Source of the DNA: Lytechinus pictus
Lineage: Eukaryota
NCBI RefSeq assembly: GCF_037042905.1
Contig: NC_087263.1
Location: 8,434,001 to 8,498,000 of the forward strand
Reading direction: 5' to 3'
DNA: 64,000 bases
Shown one piece after another: positions 25,498 to 39,300 of this stretch. The notes below the pieces were generated by a model. It saw only the letters and a list, made by a program, of their open reading frames with translations. It had not been told where the DNA came from and searched no databases. Made by a program: the position numbers and the translations under genes. Within the stretch, counting starts at the first letter, position 1; each line of letters opens with the position of its first letter.

Positions 25498-28400
25498 CCA
25501 CCAATTTATATATAAAAAGGGAATCACTCCTGAGACAATAAAGTTAAACCTCTAATTGACCATTAGCTGAACTGAACAATGGAATCACTCATGCATGCAA
25601 TGCACTCCTCAAAATACAATAGGCATAACAATAGCTGTTTGACCATTGCACGAAAATGTGTTCGTGGCACTCCAGTGGATGCACAGATATGTGTTCATGG
25701 CACATTAAGGGTTAATTATTTTTTTCTAATGTTCACTTGGTCTCAAACGAAATAGTGAGATGATCATTCATGAACCACTTCTCATTCAGCAATGTAAAAA
25801 AAAATAGGTTAGCAAAGTGGAAATTGGACCATCTGGGCATTACATTCAATACGAATTAGACTAAATGCTATATTAGAGACCAAGTATAGTGATGACCAAA
25901 CAGAAATTAGACCAAATGGGTATAGCCCATGTGGTAGTAGACTTTCTGGTTCTAGACTAAGGGGGTGTTGCAAAAAAATGTTCTGTTGCAATTTTACAAC
26001 TGATAGATCAACGTTAGTTATAGCAAATCAGATTAAACTTCTTATTTCAAGGTGCAGATTAGCAATAAATCACTAATTTGCAATTAAATGCAAGGCATGT
26101 GATTGATTTAGGGACCAAAAAAAATAAATTTCAATTGATTGCAAGTTTCTTGCAACACCCCATAAGTGAATATAAATATATTCTAAATACATAACCTTGT
26201 TTACTAAGTATCTTCTTCACCAACCTCAATTGCCTTGATATTGTTATCTTCATTAGATGATTTTTATCAAAAGATACAAACAAAAATGATATAATTTGAA
26301 GACAAAATACTCACAGTCATACATTCCTCTTTTCTGCAATACTCAGAATAATTCACAACCATAAGCAAAATTTCTATCAACATATATTATCGGTCTACTG
26401 ATTTATTGCACTTTTTAAAAAAAATTGTTCAACAATTTCAGTATACAAATAACTCAATGTAACCAGTTGGCTTTAGGAAACAGATGATAACTGGTCAAAT
26501 GTAAAGAAATAAACTAAATCACATTGTGTATGTTTTTGTATTGTTTTCTTTTTTTTTTGGGGGGGGTACCAGGTACTTTACGTTTTTTTCCTGTATAATA
26601 TCTCATATCTTTTCTTCCCAAGTTGACTTAATAATCTAACCTCACCATGTTGACTTATAACTTTAAATTACTTGCCGCTGCAATACACAATAGACTTCTA
26701 AAAAATATTACATGGACATGTATATCACCATGGCAAAGTTCTAAAAAGTTGCTATGTTGACACAATTTCTTGTCATTCGACTTGATATGATAATTGATGT
26801 TACCAATACCATATCAGCACATAAATTTTCAGAAGTCAACTTGGCAAGATACCTTACATGTATGTCCATGAAAACACGTATCTTGGTATTAGAAGACAAC
26901 ATTGCGACATACCAATTGTCGGCATATCAATTTACAAAAGTTAAGTTGACTTGGTAAGATGAAACATCTCATCAAGTAATGAAAAAGCTCTTGCACATAC
27001 ATGTAATTTTTGCATACAAAGTATAAAAAAAAGCATGTTGTTTAAGTCCATCACTCTAACAACAAGTTGTTTAAACTTTTAAACAATTGTAATAAAAACT
27101 TTAAACAATAGCTATTAGGGTGGCGGACAATAATCAACATGGTTACAACTTTAAACAACATTATTAAAGTGTAGATATTCTAAACAAGGATCACAAATGC
27201 TCACAGGAGAAAAAAATTTAAAAATCAAATGCTGTTCAGGCCCATCACTGTAGCAACAAGTTGCTCAAACACTTGAACATTTGTTTAAAAAAATTGAATA
27301 CTTAAATTTTGTAAACAACTTGTTTAAAACTTCAAACAAGTCGTTGCAAAGTTTAAACAATAGCTATTAGAGAGGCAGACTTAAACAATATGGTTTAACA
27401 ATGTAGAGATTCTAAACAAGGACCACAATGCTCACAGGAGAATTTTTTTTAAAAACTTAAACTTTCTTATTCATATTCTTTCACAAAAAGATATATTTAT
27501 ATAGGAATATAAAAATCTAAACATTCAACGACTATAAACGGGAATGCCATATACATGTAGCTAACGATTATAATTGTAACAAAGAGATGAATCAGTAATT
27601 GCACCAAATTAAAAATTTGATTATTTCTTTTAAACACTGAACAAAATTGTAACAAAGAGGTGAATCAATAATTGCACAGATTTAAAAGAATGCTATGTTC
27701 AAAACATATACATGTATACTTTACTAATATGTACAGGATTATGATTTCAGATCTGTTATATGCAATAAATTTTCAAGGTACAAAAATTTAAAGAGGGTAT
27801 TAGTTTCTGAAAATGGTTCAGTATTTAAAGAGAATTATCTAATTGATTCCATAGTATTATATTGCAGTACATTCATCACAATCGAGATGAATCAACAATT
27901 GCACTGAATGCAAAATTCAATCTTTTTTAAAAAGCAAAGATTTCTAATATGTACAGGAAATAGCTATCCTTTCAGAATTGTTACATGGAATATATTTTCA
28001 TTGTATTAAAACTTTAAGAGGTATTACTGAACATTGTTCAGTATTTTCTTTACCAAAATAATGACTCACTAAATTTATCCTCCTGACAAAATTGGAAGGG
28101 GTGCAATTTTTGCATTTGACCCCGAAGTTGGATGCTTAGTGCTTGACTAAGCCAGCATGTTCTCTATTCTCCATGCCCAAAAGCAAGACCAAATGCCTCA
28201 GGCTACGTCTCCTCCTTAGATACGCCACTGTAATAGTCATTATGGACCATTTCGGCCCGTTTCATTAAGAATTACAACTGTTGTAACTTTGCCATAATGG
28301 CAACTACCATGACAACAGGGCTCAACAGCTAATCAAAATCAAGGTTACCATGGTAGTTGCCATAATAGCAAAGTTACAACAGTTACAACTCTTTATGAAA

Positions 28401-28544
28401 CGGGCCCCAGCATAACCTTTTTACATCCTGTACATTTTTTTCAAAAAGTCAAGGAACATTATACATTTTTCATATATGTATGTAAACTTATGAACACTGT
28501 CATGACCACACCACACACACTTGACTGGAAGATGTACAGTAAGT

Positions 28545-29302
28545 AAACTCCTCAAAAAGTTCGGAAATCTGACTTTGATTGATAATCCCTCCTCGGTTTT
28601 AGTAAATATTAATGAGTAATTGATACCAATGGATAGATCATTTAATTCTCTTTAAAATGATACCCTACATGGTACGATTATGGTTCACATGGAGGTGCAG
28701 TCCCTTGTGGGGCAAGGTCAAAATTCAAAAGTTGCAAAATGACACAATATTGAAAGTCACTCTTCTTTTTTTCCGTGGTGATGAGTGAGTTTCTCAGCGG
28801 TTTCTTTTGTTTTCATGCACCTTAACATCAACATTAACATGGAATCAAACCATAGAGCTATTTAGCTCCATGATCAAACAAACCCCTGCACAAGCAAACA
28901 CATAACAAACATGCGTACATGTAGGTATTTCAAACCACGACTCAAACCATGTTGTCTCACAGAACCATCACGACATAAACCATAACAAAACATAAAAAAC
29001 AAAGAAGCAGGGGCTTGATTTGAATGGATTTTCATCTCTATTCACACAGACAAAAGAATCACGTTTTTTATTGACCCTTCATGACTATTTCTGATCGTTT
29101 TGCAGCTTTTCAATTCAGACCTCATCCAACACTTTTGAATCCTGCTCTTTTTGTGATGGCATGATTATAACAAGCATGGTATCATTTTAAAGAGAATTAA
29201 ATTATCTTTTGAATGATATCAAAACTGCATTGTGTAAATTTGGGAGTTTTGAGAAAAACTAACGGCCAAACTCAGATTTCTAAACTTTTTTTGAGGGGTT
29301 TA
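28545..29302. mobile_element. Second copy of the 8352-9019 DNA transposon family
   Basis: Collinear inverted similarity to 8352-9019; ends aactcctcaaaaagtt / aactttttttgaggggttt. Confidence 0.75.
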
Positions 29303-29674
29303 CAATAAAAATTCCTACAAGCACTAGAAAATGAAAATAATATTTTTTGTATACTCTTCTAGTATTAATTAATGTACGCATATTAACGTTTTAATTAACC
29401 ATTATCAGAAAGATTACCAAACAGTCCTGGTGAAACGAAAACTTCATCTATTTTCTATTTTGTAATACTTTACAAATATATACCGGTATATATATGCAAA
29501 TGATTAATAATTCATCTGTGTATATCTCACTTGTATTTAAATACTGCCATTTTAATGGCACAATGATAAACGAAAAAAAAAATAGTATCTGATAGGACAA
29601 ACCTGCATAAAAACTCGGGGGGGGGGGGCGGAAGTTTTCGTTTTCTTGGGAGGTCAAGAGCACCATGGTATTAA

Positions 29675-30244
29675 AGGAGAATGAAACCTTTGCAACAAGA
29701 TAGCTTGGGTGAAAACAGAAAAATCAAAGAAACAGTTTGAGAAAAATCAAACAAATAATGAGAAAGTTATGAGCATTTGAATACTGCGATCACTAATGCT
29801 ATGGAGATCCTCACATTGGCAATGCGACAAAGATGTGTGATGTCACTTGTGAACAACTCTCCCCATTACTTTAGTATATATTTCATTTAAACTGCCTCTT
29901 TTATCACATCTATCATTAGATCATGTGTTCTTTCTATTGGAGGGCATGAAATACAGATTTTCAAAGAATACATCATGGATAAAGAGTTTGTATCACCAAA
30001 GAAAAAGCAAAAAGAGACATTGGGGAGGTATTTTACAGTCCATCAAAGGGAAAGTTCACATGTGACATCACATATTTTTGTCGCATTGCCAATAGGAGGA
30101 TCTCCATAGCATTAGTGATTGCAACATTCAAATGCTCATAACTTTCTCATTATTTGTCTGATTTTTCTCAAACTTTCTTTGTTCTTATTCTTTGATTTTT
30201 CTGTTTCGACACAAGCCTACTTGTTCCAAAGGTTTCATTCCCCT
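29675..30244. mobile_element. Palindromic MITE with TTAA flanks
   Basis: ttaa|AGGAGAATGAAACCTTTG ... CAAAGGTTTCATTCCCCT|ttaa; related copy at about 60964-61527. Confidence 0.85.
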
Positions 30245-30513
30245 TTAATGGACTAACCTGTGCTTGGGGAAACCCAAGCATAAAGTCTTAAGACAGAGTT
30301 CAATTTTTTGAAAACTTTATATCAGAGTGCTTCATGCAATGCTTTGAAACAGATCATATTTACATTTGTTCAAATGCCTGCACTGCATATTTAATCAGAA
30401 ATCCAGCTACTATACATCTTTCACCGTGGCTTATTCTAATCATAAACATTGCCTTCAATCCTTAACAGTAATAATCAGTTTTCACATCAGTCAAAACCTA
30501 CAGAAGAACCGAA

Positions 30514-30914
30514 TGGGCGATTCCATACGTGTCGTACGAGACATTTTGAACAACAATTTCTAGTTTCCTAGCCGAATGCTTGAGCAATAAAATATTATTT
30601 TTTGTCAATGATAAAGCTATAGTGGGAATTAACATGAAAAACTAATAACCAACACAAAAAAATTGATTATGGGTATTAAATTATAGGTGAAAATGTTGCG
30701 TGTCGTACGGGACGCAGAAATGTCCCGTACGACACGCAACATTTTGAGCTCTAATTCACCTATGGACAACATATTTTTGTTGGTTGTCAGTTTTTTGCAT
30801 GTCTAACCAGTAGTACTTTAATATCACAAAGCAAATTGAAGCTCTACATTCGTTTGGACCGCAGGTTGAAAAATATTGTGAAAATGGCTGATTTTTCTAG
30901 CATGGAATCGCCCA
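30514..30914. mobile_element. TIR element
   Basis: tgggcgattccat / atggaatcgccca termini; internal hairpin aatgttgcgtgtcgtacgggac...gtcccgtacgacacgcaacatt. Confidence 0.65.
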
Positions 30915-31770
30915 AATGTCAACACTAACCCATATCTTCAGAGAGATCAGCCGAGGTGCAATTCTTGCTGGAGCACATTTCACGTACCAATATGCAATGA
31001 CATACCGTTGGTCAAATTGGAGTTGGTTTTATTGGCGTTTACAAATATTACCTAGATAAGAATGCTAAGGCTTGCTCAAAAAGTTTGATACTGGGGAAAG
31101 AATTTCTTGATGCACCCATAAAATGAGAATGCATAGAGGATATGAAAAATACTGGTCGGTAAGTCGGAAATAATCTTGGAACCAGCGAGATTTGGACCTC
31201 TCATCTATTGCTTGTCGGTCAGCAATTTTACCACAAGGCCATCACTGGTCCATGGCACAGACATGATAGAATAAGAACAAATACCTCAGTACCTCTGATT
31301 ATTTTTAATCTGGGCCCCGTGACATAAAATTTACTATCATGGTAACTTTGCCATCCTTTAAACTACCATGGTTACAATGATCAACAGCCAATCAAAATCA
31401 AGGATTCCATGCAAGATACCATTGGATGGCGGAGTTACCATAATGGTAATGAGCCCAGAATTGCGTTCATAGTCCGCCTAGGACAAAGGCATGGTATTGT
31501 AATATTCACATCATTCTGAACCTAAAATTGTATATACATGTATCTATGCTGACCCTATACATTATATCTTCAAAAAATTACCTAGGTCACGTAACACAAA
31601 GGTTAGCGACTGATCGTATACATGATTGTCACGATTGATTGTACATTGTAGTCAATGGAATTAAACGTAGAAAAATGTTGTACGATCATTGCTAAGTTTT
31701 GTTTTACGGGCCTCTGGACGACAAAGACATTAATATGCAAATACCTGCACAACAGTCATCACAGTTTTTC

Positions 31771-34700
31771 TCATTTGTGGGTTTTGGCATGTGCTGAAAG
31801 ACAACTCCTATGACTAAATTTCTTCTCACAAACAGCACAATGAAAAGGTCGAGCTCCATTATGGACATTCATATGTTCTTCCAATGTTCTCTTGTAAGAG
31901 AACCCCTTGCTGCATTTGCTGCATCGGAAAGGTTTCTCTGCCGAGTGGACGATGAGGTGCTTCTTTCGCTGGCTGTTGGTGATGAACCGCCTCTGGCAGA
32001 CGTGACATTCAAATGGTTTCTCCCCAGTGTGTATCATCAAGTGTCCCTTCAGGTGATTCTCTTGCCTAAACCTCATCTGACATTGATCGCACTGGTAAGG
32101 TTTTTCATCGGAGTGGATCAGGGCGTGTCGTGCAAGAGCACTCTTGCTGGAAAACATCTTGTTACAGTCCGGACACTTCAATCTCTTTTCTAAAGGGGCT
32201 TTTTTTTCCGGACAAGCTGCAGGATCGTTTTTTTTCTCAGCTCTGTGAATTCGCCCATGCTTCCGGAGATACTTCTTCAGGGTGAAGGTTTTCTCGCAAT
32301 CTGGACACTTGTAGCACTGCCTGTCTCTGCTGTGTGTTCTTTCGTGTCTTGAGAGTTCACTCCGGACAGGGAATCGCTTACTGCACACCTGACACTCGAA
32401 TGGCTTCTCACCTGTGTGGGTTTTCATATGCCCTATCAGATGACTTACTTGTCTAAATTCCATGAAACAAGTCAAGCACTGATACGGCCGTTCACCTGTG
32501 TGTATTCTGACATGACGCGTTAGGGCACAACCAAGGGCAAATCGCTTCTCACAGGTTGGGCACTGAAACGGTTTCTCCCCTGTATGGCTCCGGAGATGCC
32601 GATCGAGTTGATTCTTAAAAATAAAGCTTTTCTCGCACATATCACAGCTGTAGGCCTTCTCTTCTTTGTGAATCTTCATGTGCTTTTTGCAAGCGCTGTT
32701 TTCGTAAAACGTTTTGCCGCATTCGGAACACTTGAAGCTTGGCGCTTCTCCCTTGTGCTTCTTCATATGTATATTAAGGCGGTGCATTTGGGTGAACGTT
32801 GAGAAGCAGGAAGAGCATTTGTATGGTTTGATTCCCTCATGGGCTCTCATGTGGATCATCAAACCATGTTTTCTTAAGAATCTACGTCCGCACTTCGTAC
32901 ACAAAAATCGTTTTTTGCTTCCATCGTCGGATGTCTCCCGAGATATCATTTCGCTCTCGTCAGCTGTGTCAGAATCATTTTCATCACGCTCATCATGGTC
33001 AGAACTTTGAGATGTTGATTCCCTATTGCTAATAGAGTCTTGAGTGGGACTGACTTGTCGGCATTCTTCATGATCACGAGCCGAATGTGAACCCCTTTCT
33101 TGTGCCTCCAGTCTGGTCTTTTCATCTGTGAAATAATGTTATAAGAATATTATGCTACAATATACCTATTATGCACATTTATGAGTTTGTCCTGGCAATG
33201 CAGCACACTTGAGGTTATTTACAGAGTGCAATGAATGATATTTCCAAATTGAAAGTCGTACAACCAAAAATGCACGGCTGGAAGATTTATAAAATTATAG
33301 CATGAACATATGACTTGTATACAATTCACAATTGGCTACATCCTTGACCAAGTTTCATAAAATATATTCTATCGCTTATACATTGTTTCTAAGCACTACA
33401 TGTAAACAAAAGATCAGTTTATAGAGAGATGAATTTATAGATATCCATAGGGCTACATACAAAGAAAGAAGTGAAAATTTAAGTTAAAAAAAATCCAGCT
33501 ATTGTTAAATACATGTATAAGACTGCAAAAAAGGGATGGGGGCTACAATGACAAGGCAAAAGCGATTATGTGTATCGCCCGCTTAACCAGAAATATTGTG
33601 ACTTGCGAGGGTACGCAACAGAATTGTATCAAAACCTCATTGTGAAATGACTGGATGGAATAACACTTGTCATAAATGCCTTGCACGTAAACTTTAATGT
33701 TGACCTGAAAATGACCCTTGACCTTACCATGTGACCTCCAACTGCAGCATAACATGCAGGTCGCCTAAGTACATCTACCATCCAAGTTTGGTTGAAAAGT
33801 GACTTACGGTTGCGGAGTTAGGTGTCATAAGAGAGTCTTGCATGAAAACTTTAACGTTGACCTGAAAATGACCTTTGACCTTACCATGTGACCTCCGACT
33901 GCAGCATAATATGCAGGTCCCCCAAGTCCATCTACCATCCAAGTTTGGTTGAAAAGCGACTTACGGTTGTGGAGTTATGTGTCATAAGGTTTGTGACGGA
34001 CGGACGACGGATGACATTTGGATCCCTAAGTCTCGCCTTCACCTCTGGTGGGCGAGACAAAAATTACAGAATAGCATAAACATACGCCTACGCGGTGAAA
34101 CACTATACCAAGAATCAAATGAAATTGCTGGCAAGGATAATCGAACTAAATACAGAAGGAATAATCTAACAAATATGACAAAATTCACTATGACTTAAGA
34201 CTGAGTAAATAGGTAGGTTATCTACCTCCACAAAAGGGGAAAATGTTGGTGATTGGACAAGAGCAGGGAGATTATTCCAAAGCTTAGCACACACAACTGA
34301 GTCAGATGATCCGACTCATCATCAGCTACATGTAGTAGACCAAGAAGATACAAACCTTCATCAAAATTGTCATTTTCCATCAGATCTTGGAGATCGTCAT
34401 CTTCTTCTATCCAGCCATCCATCGTTTCGTCAACCTCCTCCGCCTCCTCCTTGTCCATCTTCTCCTCCTCTTCCTCGCCAATTTCCTCCTTGATTCTCCT
34501 CACTATTCCATCCTCCTCCTCAATGCTCTCCAGACTTTGTTCGTCCACTTCTCCTTCAACCGATTCCCCATCCTTATCCTCCTTTACAGAAATTTCTATG
34601 CCATTCTCCTTGATGTTTTGAGAAGTCCAATCTTTTGCTTCTTCGCCTTCGTCCTCCTGCACCTCTCTGCCAGTGATATAAGAATCACCTCTCACACCTA

Positions 34701-36253
34701 ATATATTTAAACAGACATATATATACTTCTCCATAGGCACGATCGGTAATGGCTGTATTCAATCAATAATTTTTCAAACCCTAGATAAACAATTTAAGAG
34801 GTTCACTTTACAAGGAGAAACAAGAGTTTGAGGTTTAATGTTCACTCAGGAATGAGATTTGTGCAAGATCAGATACTCTTCGCAGTTCCAAGAACAATAT
34901 GCTTGTGTCCTTTTTTTGCTACAATGAAAAATGAAAAAAAATGAAAATGAAAATCCATATTTTGTTGGAAATAGACATCAGAAATGTAATACTCCGAAAA
35001 TTTGTTTTGCCCAATTGATCGTGGGCCCGGCAGCCGCTGTGCAGCGCCAGATCGACTAGGCTCTATCCCTTTAATTGTTGAACGCCAAACAGGGTAGCAG
35101 CAACTCCCATCTTTTAACATCTTTTGGTCTGACGCGGCCGGGGTTTGAACTCTGGACCTCCCAGTCGGGGAGGGAGTAAACCCTAATACTTTGGGTACAT
35201 GCATAGAATAAAAGCTACTTAAATTCAGGATTTAATTTGCGTTCAAGTCCACCCCAGGAAAATGCTGACTTGAATAAATAGAGAAAAATCAAACTAGCAT
35301 AGTGCTGAAAATTTAATCTAAATCGGATGTAAAATAAGAAAGTTATGACAATTTAAAGTTTCGCTTATTTTTCACAAACAGTGATATCCACAACTGGGAT
35401 AGTCATTCGATGATGTCCATCACTCACTATTTCTTTTGTTTTTTATTGTTTGAATTATACATTATTTCATTTTTTATCTATGACAATAAGGACCAACTTT
35501 ACTGAACCATATAGTATTATTAAACAATGCTAATTCCACATGTTCAGGGAGGAATTAATCATTGTATCACTTGACAATGAGGAAAAAATTTCATATTTCA
35601 TATAATAAAATACAAAAGAAATAGTGAGTGGATGACGTCATCGGTCTCCTCATTTGCATACCAGCCGGGATGTGCATATAACTGTTTTGTGAAATTAAGC
35701 AAAACTTTAAAATGTCATAACTTTCTTATCTTACATCCGAATTTGATGAAATTTTGAGTGTTATGCTTGTTGGATTTTTCTCTTTTTATTCAATTCAACC
35801 TTTTGTTGGGGTGGATTTGAGTGGTCACCACTATAAACTTTATCTACATGTATGAAAAGGCTCTAAACGGCATGTGGTCTATTGGTTAGAGCATTGGACT
35901 CATGATCATGAGGTTGTAAATTTGAATCCCCGCTCTGCCTTTGTCTCCACTTTCATCAAAATAAAAAAAAACGATAGTTTTTGTCGTCTATAAGGTCAGC
36001 TACTATGTCTGATTAAAGATGTAAAATGTTCCCTCTGGAATGCCAGCTTGGCGTTATTATACCAGCAAAAAAGCTGTCCTGCCGAGTTCCTACACATACA
36101 GGAGTTACCATAATAGAGACAAAACCAGAAATACTCACATATTGTACCAGTCATACTCAAAGTTCCTTCTGGCTGATGAGGGTCATTTAAATTTGACCAT
36201 TGGTCAGGGGATGGGTCAACTCCGTCCTCCATAACTTCTAACTTGATGGACAT
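31771..36253 (-). CDS. C2H2 zinc-finger protein (13 fingers) with acidic N-terminal region, about 603 aa
   Basis: Exons on -: 36253-36139 (MSIKLEVMED.., donor gtgagt; alternative donor at 36148), 34697-34356 (E/D-rich), 33125-31771 (13 CxxC..HxxxH fingers with TGEKP-type linkers). Phase-1 junctions match, 1812 nt. Finger exon is certain; the upstream exons are inferred. Confidence 0.85.
33551..34042 (+). mobile_element. Helentron-associated/DINE-like non-autonomous element
   Basis: Two about 158-bp tandem cores with tgacc(c/t)ttgacctt, a (GACG)n stretch, then subterminal hairpin gtctcgcc...ggcgagac and an A run. Confidence 0.65.
34930..35168 (-). mobile_element. tRNA-derived SINE (Meta-like core)
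   Basis: Reverse complement gagttcaaacccc...gtcagaccaaaagatgtt...gtttggcgttcaac; 5'-truncated copy on + at 43903-44090. Confidence 0.75.
35220..35822. mobile_element. Palindromic MITE (caagtccacccc family)
   Basis: caagtccaccccaggaaaatg / ttgttggggtggatttg arms; relatives near 38988-41440 (interrupted), 50664-50971, 56700-57050, 60060-60510. Confidence 0.75.
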
Positions 36254-36929
36254 GGTTCTGGTCTGTTCTCCACCTGAAAATGAAATATATAAATAGTTGA
36301 TGGGGTGTTAAAACCTTGTATTTCAATCACATATTTAAACAGCTCTGAAAAAAGCTTGATCTTAGACTGTGAGAGCAATCTTCTATTGCCCTTTAAAAGT
36401 TGTTAACAGCAATTACTTAGGAGACTCGTTTTCTAAAAAACAATATGAGATTGCTACATGTAGCCTACCTTTATAATTCATTTTAAAGGTTTTAACATCC
36501 ACGAAACATTGTTAATGCAATTGTGCACCAAATAACTTGGTTATAATCCAAGATTTTAGCCCTTGTTTGCCCGCTCAATGAATGTGAAAGATGTGTTCTC
36601 AGATTACACTGTTAATAAGAAGGTCAATGCTTTAATTCCTTAGGGGAACTGGCTAATTTGATTAAGGGGTGCATCCCAAGGGGCTTTTGTGTCATTTTGT
36701 CTTTTTTCAATAGAAATTGACCCAAGTTGGCCCTGGACGGTTCTTCTTCTTCTTCCAGAGTAAGTGCTGCTTCAAGGTAATGAAGATAAACAAACTGGTT
36801 GTGTGTGTAGAACTTTTCACATAGGCCTACTGTTATTTCATGATAAATTAAGCTCTTGTTCTTGTAGTGCAGGTGCGAATATACATGTATACATGTGTAA
36901 GTAAAAAAAATTATTGTTTGTGGTGTTTA

Positions 36930-37960
36930 CTTCTGCATCCCACTCAAGAAGGCCTTGAAGGCATCAACAGAGAGGTAAATGAATGGATCCTGTTGGAGGT
37001 TGTTCCAGTCCTGGGAAGAAGGAAGAAGCATAGGCCTGACTGCTTCAATGGGGTATCCTAAATTGAGATCTGTGTCCCCTAGTTGTTGTTGACAGCTCAC
37101 TGAGGAAGGACTGCCAGATAATAACAAGGTTGGAGCTGATACGGTACAGCATAGCAAGGCGGCTGTGAAGGCGTCTGGTGAGTAGCGATGGCCATTTCAG
37201 GTTTTCAAGCATGGCCGTTACGCTGGATATTTGGTTAAAGTCACTGGTGATGTGTGCACACCTTCGTTGTACCATTTCAATCTTGTTGATGTTCCTCTGC
37301 GTGTGCGGGTCCCATGCTGTTGTAGCATATTCCACCACTGGGCGTACATAGGTGAAGTACGTAGGCTGCTTGATCTGGCGTCTGCAGTGCTTGGAATTCC
37401 ATTGTAGGAAGGCAGTGTCAGAATTCGCTTTCTCGACATTAGTATCCACATGGCTGTTGAAGTCGAGTCTCTGGTCAATGTGGATACCAAGATACCTGTT
37501 GAGCGTTGTGGCCCAGTGGATTAGTCTTCTGACTTTGAAACAGAGGGTCATGGGTTCGAATCCCAGCCATGGCGTAATTTCCTTCAGCAAGAAATTCATC
37601 CACATTGTGCTGCACTCAACCCAGGTGAGATGAATGGGTACCTGGCATGAATTTCTTCCTTGAAATGCCACCGCGTTGTAAAAGGCTGCGGAGCTAAGGC
37701 CAGGGTAATGATATCCAAGTCCTTTGGAAGCGCATAGGGACGTTATGACATAATGTGATATGCACTATACAAGAACTGCGTTATTATTATTATTATCATA
37801 CCTGGCAGAACTCACTAGCTCTAGGAGATGCCCATGGATATAATACTGGCCTAGAATCTGTTTCCTTTTTAGTGTTTGTCAAGTTTGGTACTTGGAAGGT
37901 TGGAATTCCATCTTCCACTTTCTTTCCCATTCCTGCAAGCTGCCAAGGTCTTCCTGTTAG
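36930..37960 (-). mobile_element. CR1-group LINE reverse-transcriptase 3' fragment interrupted by a SINE
   Basis: DLGSLQEWERKWKMEFQPSK, YYIHGHLLELVSSARY | YLGIHIDQRLDFNSHV..YFTYVRPVVEYATTAWDPH..IEMVQRR..MLENLKWPSL; frameshifted. Confidence 0.85.
37499..37797 (+). mobile_element. Full-length tRNA-derived SINE with 7-bp TSD
   Basis: tRNA head tggcccagtgg..ctgactttgaaacag..gggttcgaatccc, core ..cactcaacccaggtg..aatgggtacc, (TTA)n tail; TSD atacctg at 37492 and 37798. Confidence 0.9.
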
Positions 37961-38639
37961 GTCATATATTCTGTAATTTATCTTGTATGCTTTGCAGATA
38001 ACTTTTGTGTGAGTTCATATGTTCCGTATTCTGAAATATATAAATTGTCAACTCAGTTTTCATATTGTCTCACTAAATTGAGATTGTCCATCTTTATGAG
38101 GACTTATGAGCAGCTGCCAAATATGTTATGTAATATAAAATGCATAAATTTCAATTCTTTAATCCATGGTTCATGATCAGAATTATTATACAGTGGACGG
38201 CAATGGTCCGTCACAGAAGATTTCTGACAAGTGACCACCAACTATCATGAAAAACACTGCTTCTAATTTCAAATTAAATATTTAAAAAGTAACTCATTGC
38301 AAAGAGAAATTACATTTGCATTAATTTCCATCTTTAATCTTGTTTTATTTGCATAATCATTAAACATTTTTATATTTGATAAATATTAGTTTACTTTCAA
38401 AGCTTTGCTTACTTTTTCAGATTGCTATTACATTGATGTTCCTTCACTTTTGGCTTTTTTACTAACTCAGCCTAAAAAAAGCTTTATAATGTCGTGAAAA
38501 AGCGACCACCACTAATTGAAATGGGTCTAGGACTATAGCTACAACACTGTTTATGGTGACTAAACATTTTCTTCTTTCGGGAGTGGGTGTGAAATAATAT
38601 GCTGATATACTGAAGGAACAATAAAAGTATATAAAACCC

Positions 38640-38985
38640 GTTTGTAGTCCTTCAAATGTGAATTTAGCTGCCCTTGAGGCTAGACTAATCTACATGTATG
38701 TTTAACCCATTCTAACTTGTCCTGATCTGATTTATGTTGACTTTTGCCCGTTTTGGATCCAAAACTACTGCACAGTATTCCAGCCTTGGTCATTTAGAGA
38801 TTTGTATGCAGTGTCCTTTGTACGAGTGCTGCAAAAGTACAGATTTCTCTTTAAAAGCCCCAACATCTAACCAGTTAATGGCCTTTGGCTTTAGTTTGAT
38901 GAGAATTTTATGAGTTGATCAATATCTATTCCCTGCCAGCTGCCCTTGAATATGATATTTAGTAATATTATTACCCCATACAGAT
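38640..38985 (-). mobile_element. Decayed CR1-group LINE RT fragment
   Basis: Reverse complement translates LGLLKRNLYFCSTRTKDTAYKSL..PRLEYCAVVLDP with indels. Confidence 0.65.
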
Positions 38986-39140
38986 ATTAAAGGTCAAGTG
39001 AAGTCCACCAGAGAAAAATGTTGATTTGAATAACGAGAGAAAAATCGAACTAGCACAATGCTGAAAATTTCATCGAAATCAAATTATGTAAAATAATAAA
39101 GTTATGACATTTTAAAGTTTTGCTTATTTTAACAAAACGG

Positions 39141-39266
39141 CAGGGGCGTCGATCCATTTTTCAGATTGGGGGGGCGAAATCATTAACGTTCCAAAGGCGC
39201 TCGATCGTACAAAACACCCACCCACACACACACACACACATACATATACATATATATATTATATAT

Positions 39267-39300
<34 letters not shown>

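Noticed and set aside
31810..33010. Plus-strand ORFs overlapping the zinc-finger exon
   Set aside because: Antisense shadows of the C2H2 coding strand with no independent motifs
37045..37671. 208-aa ORF as a host gene
   Set aside because: Chimera of antisense SINE and a LINE RT fragment
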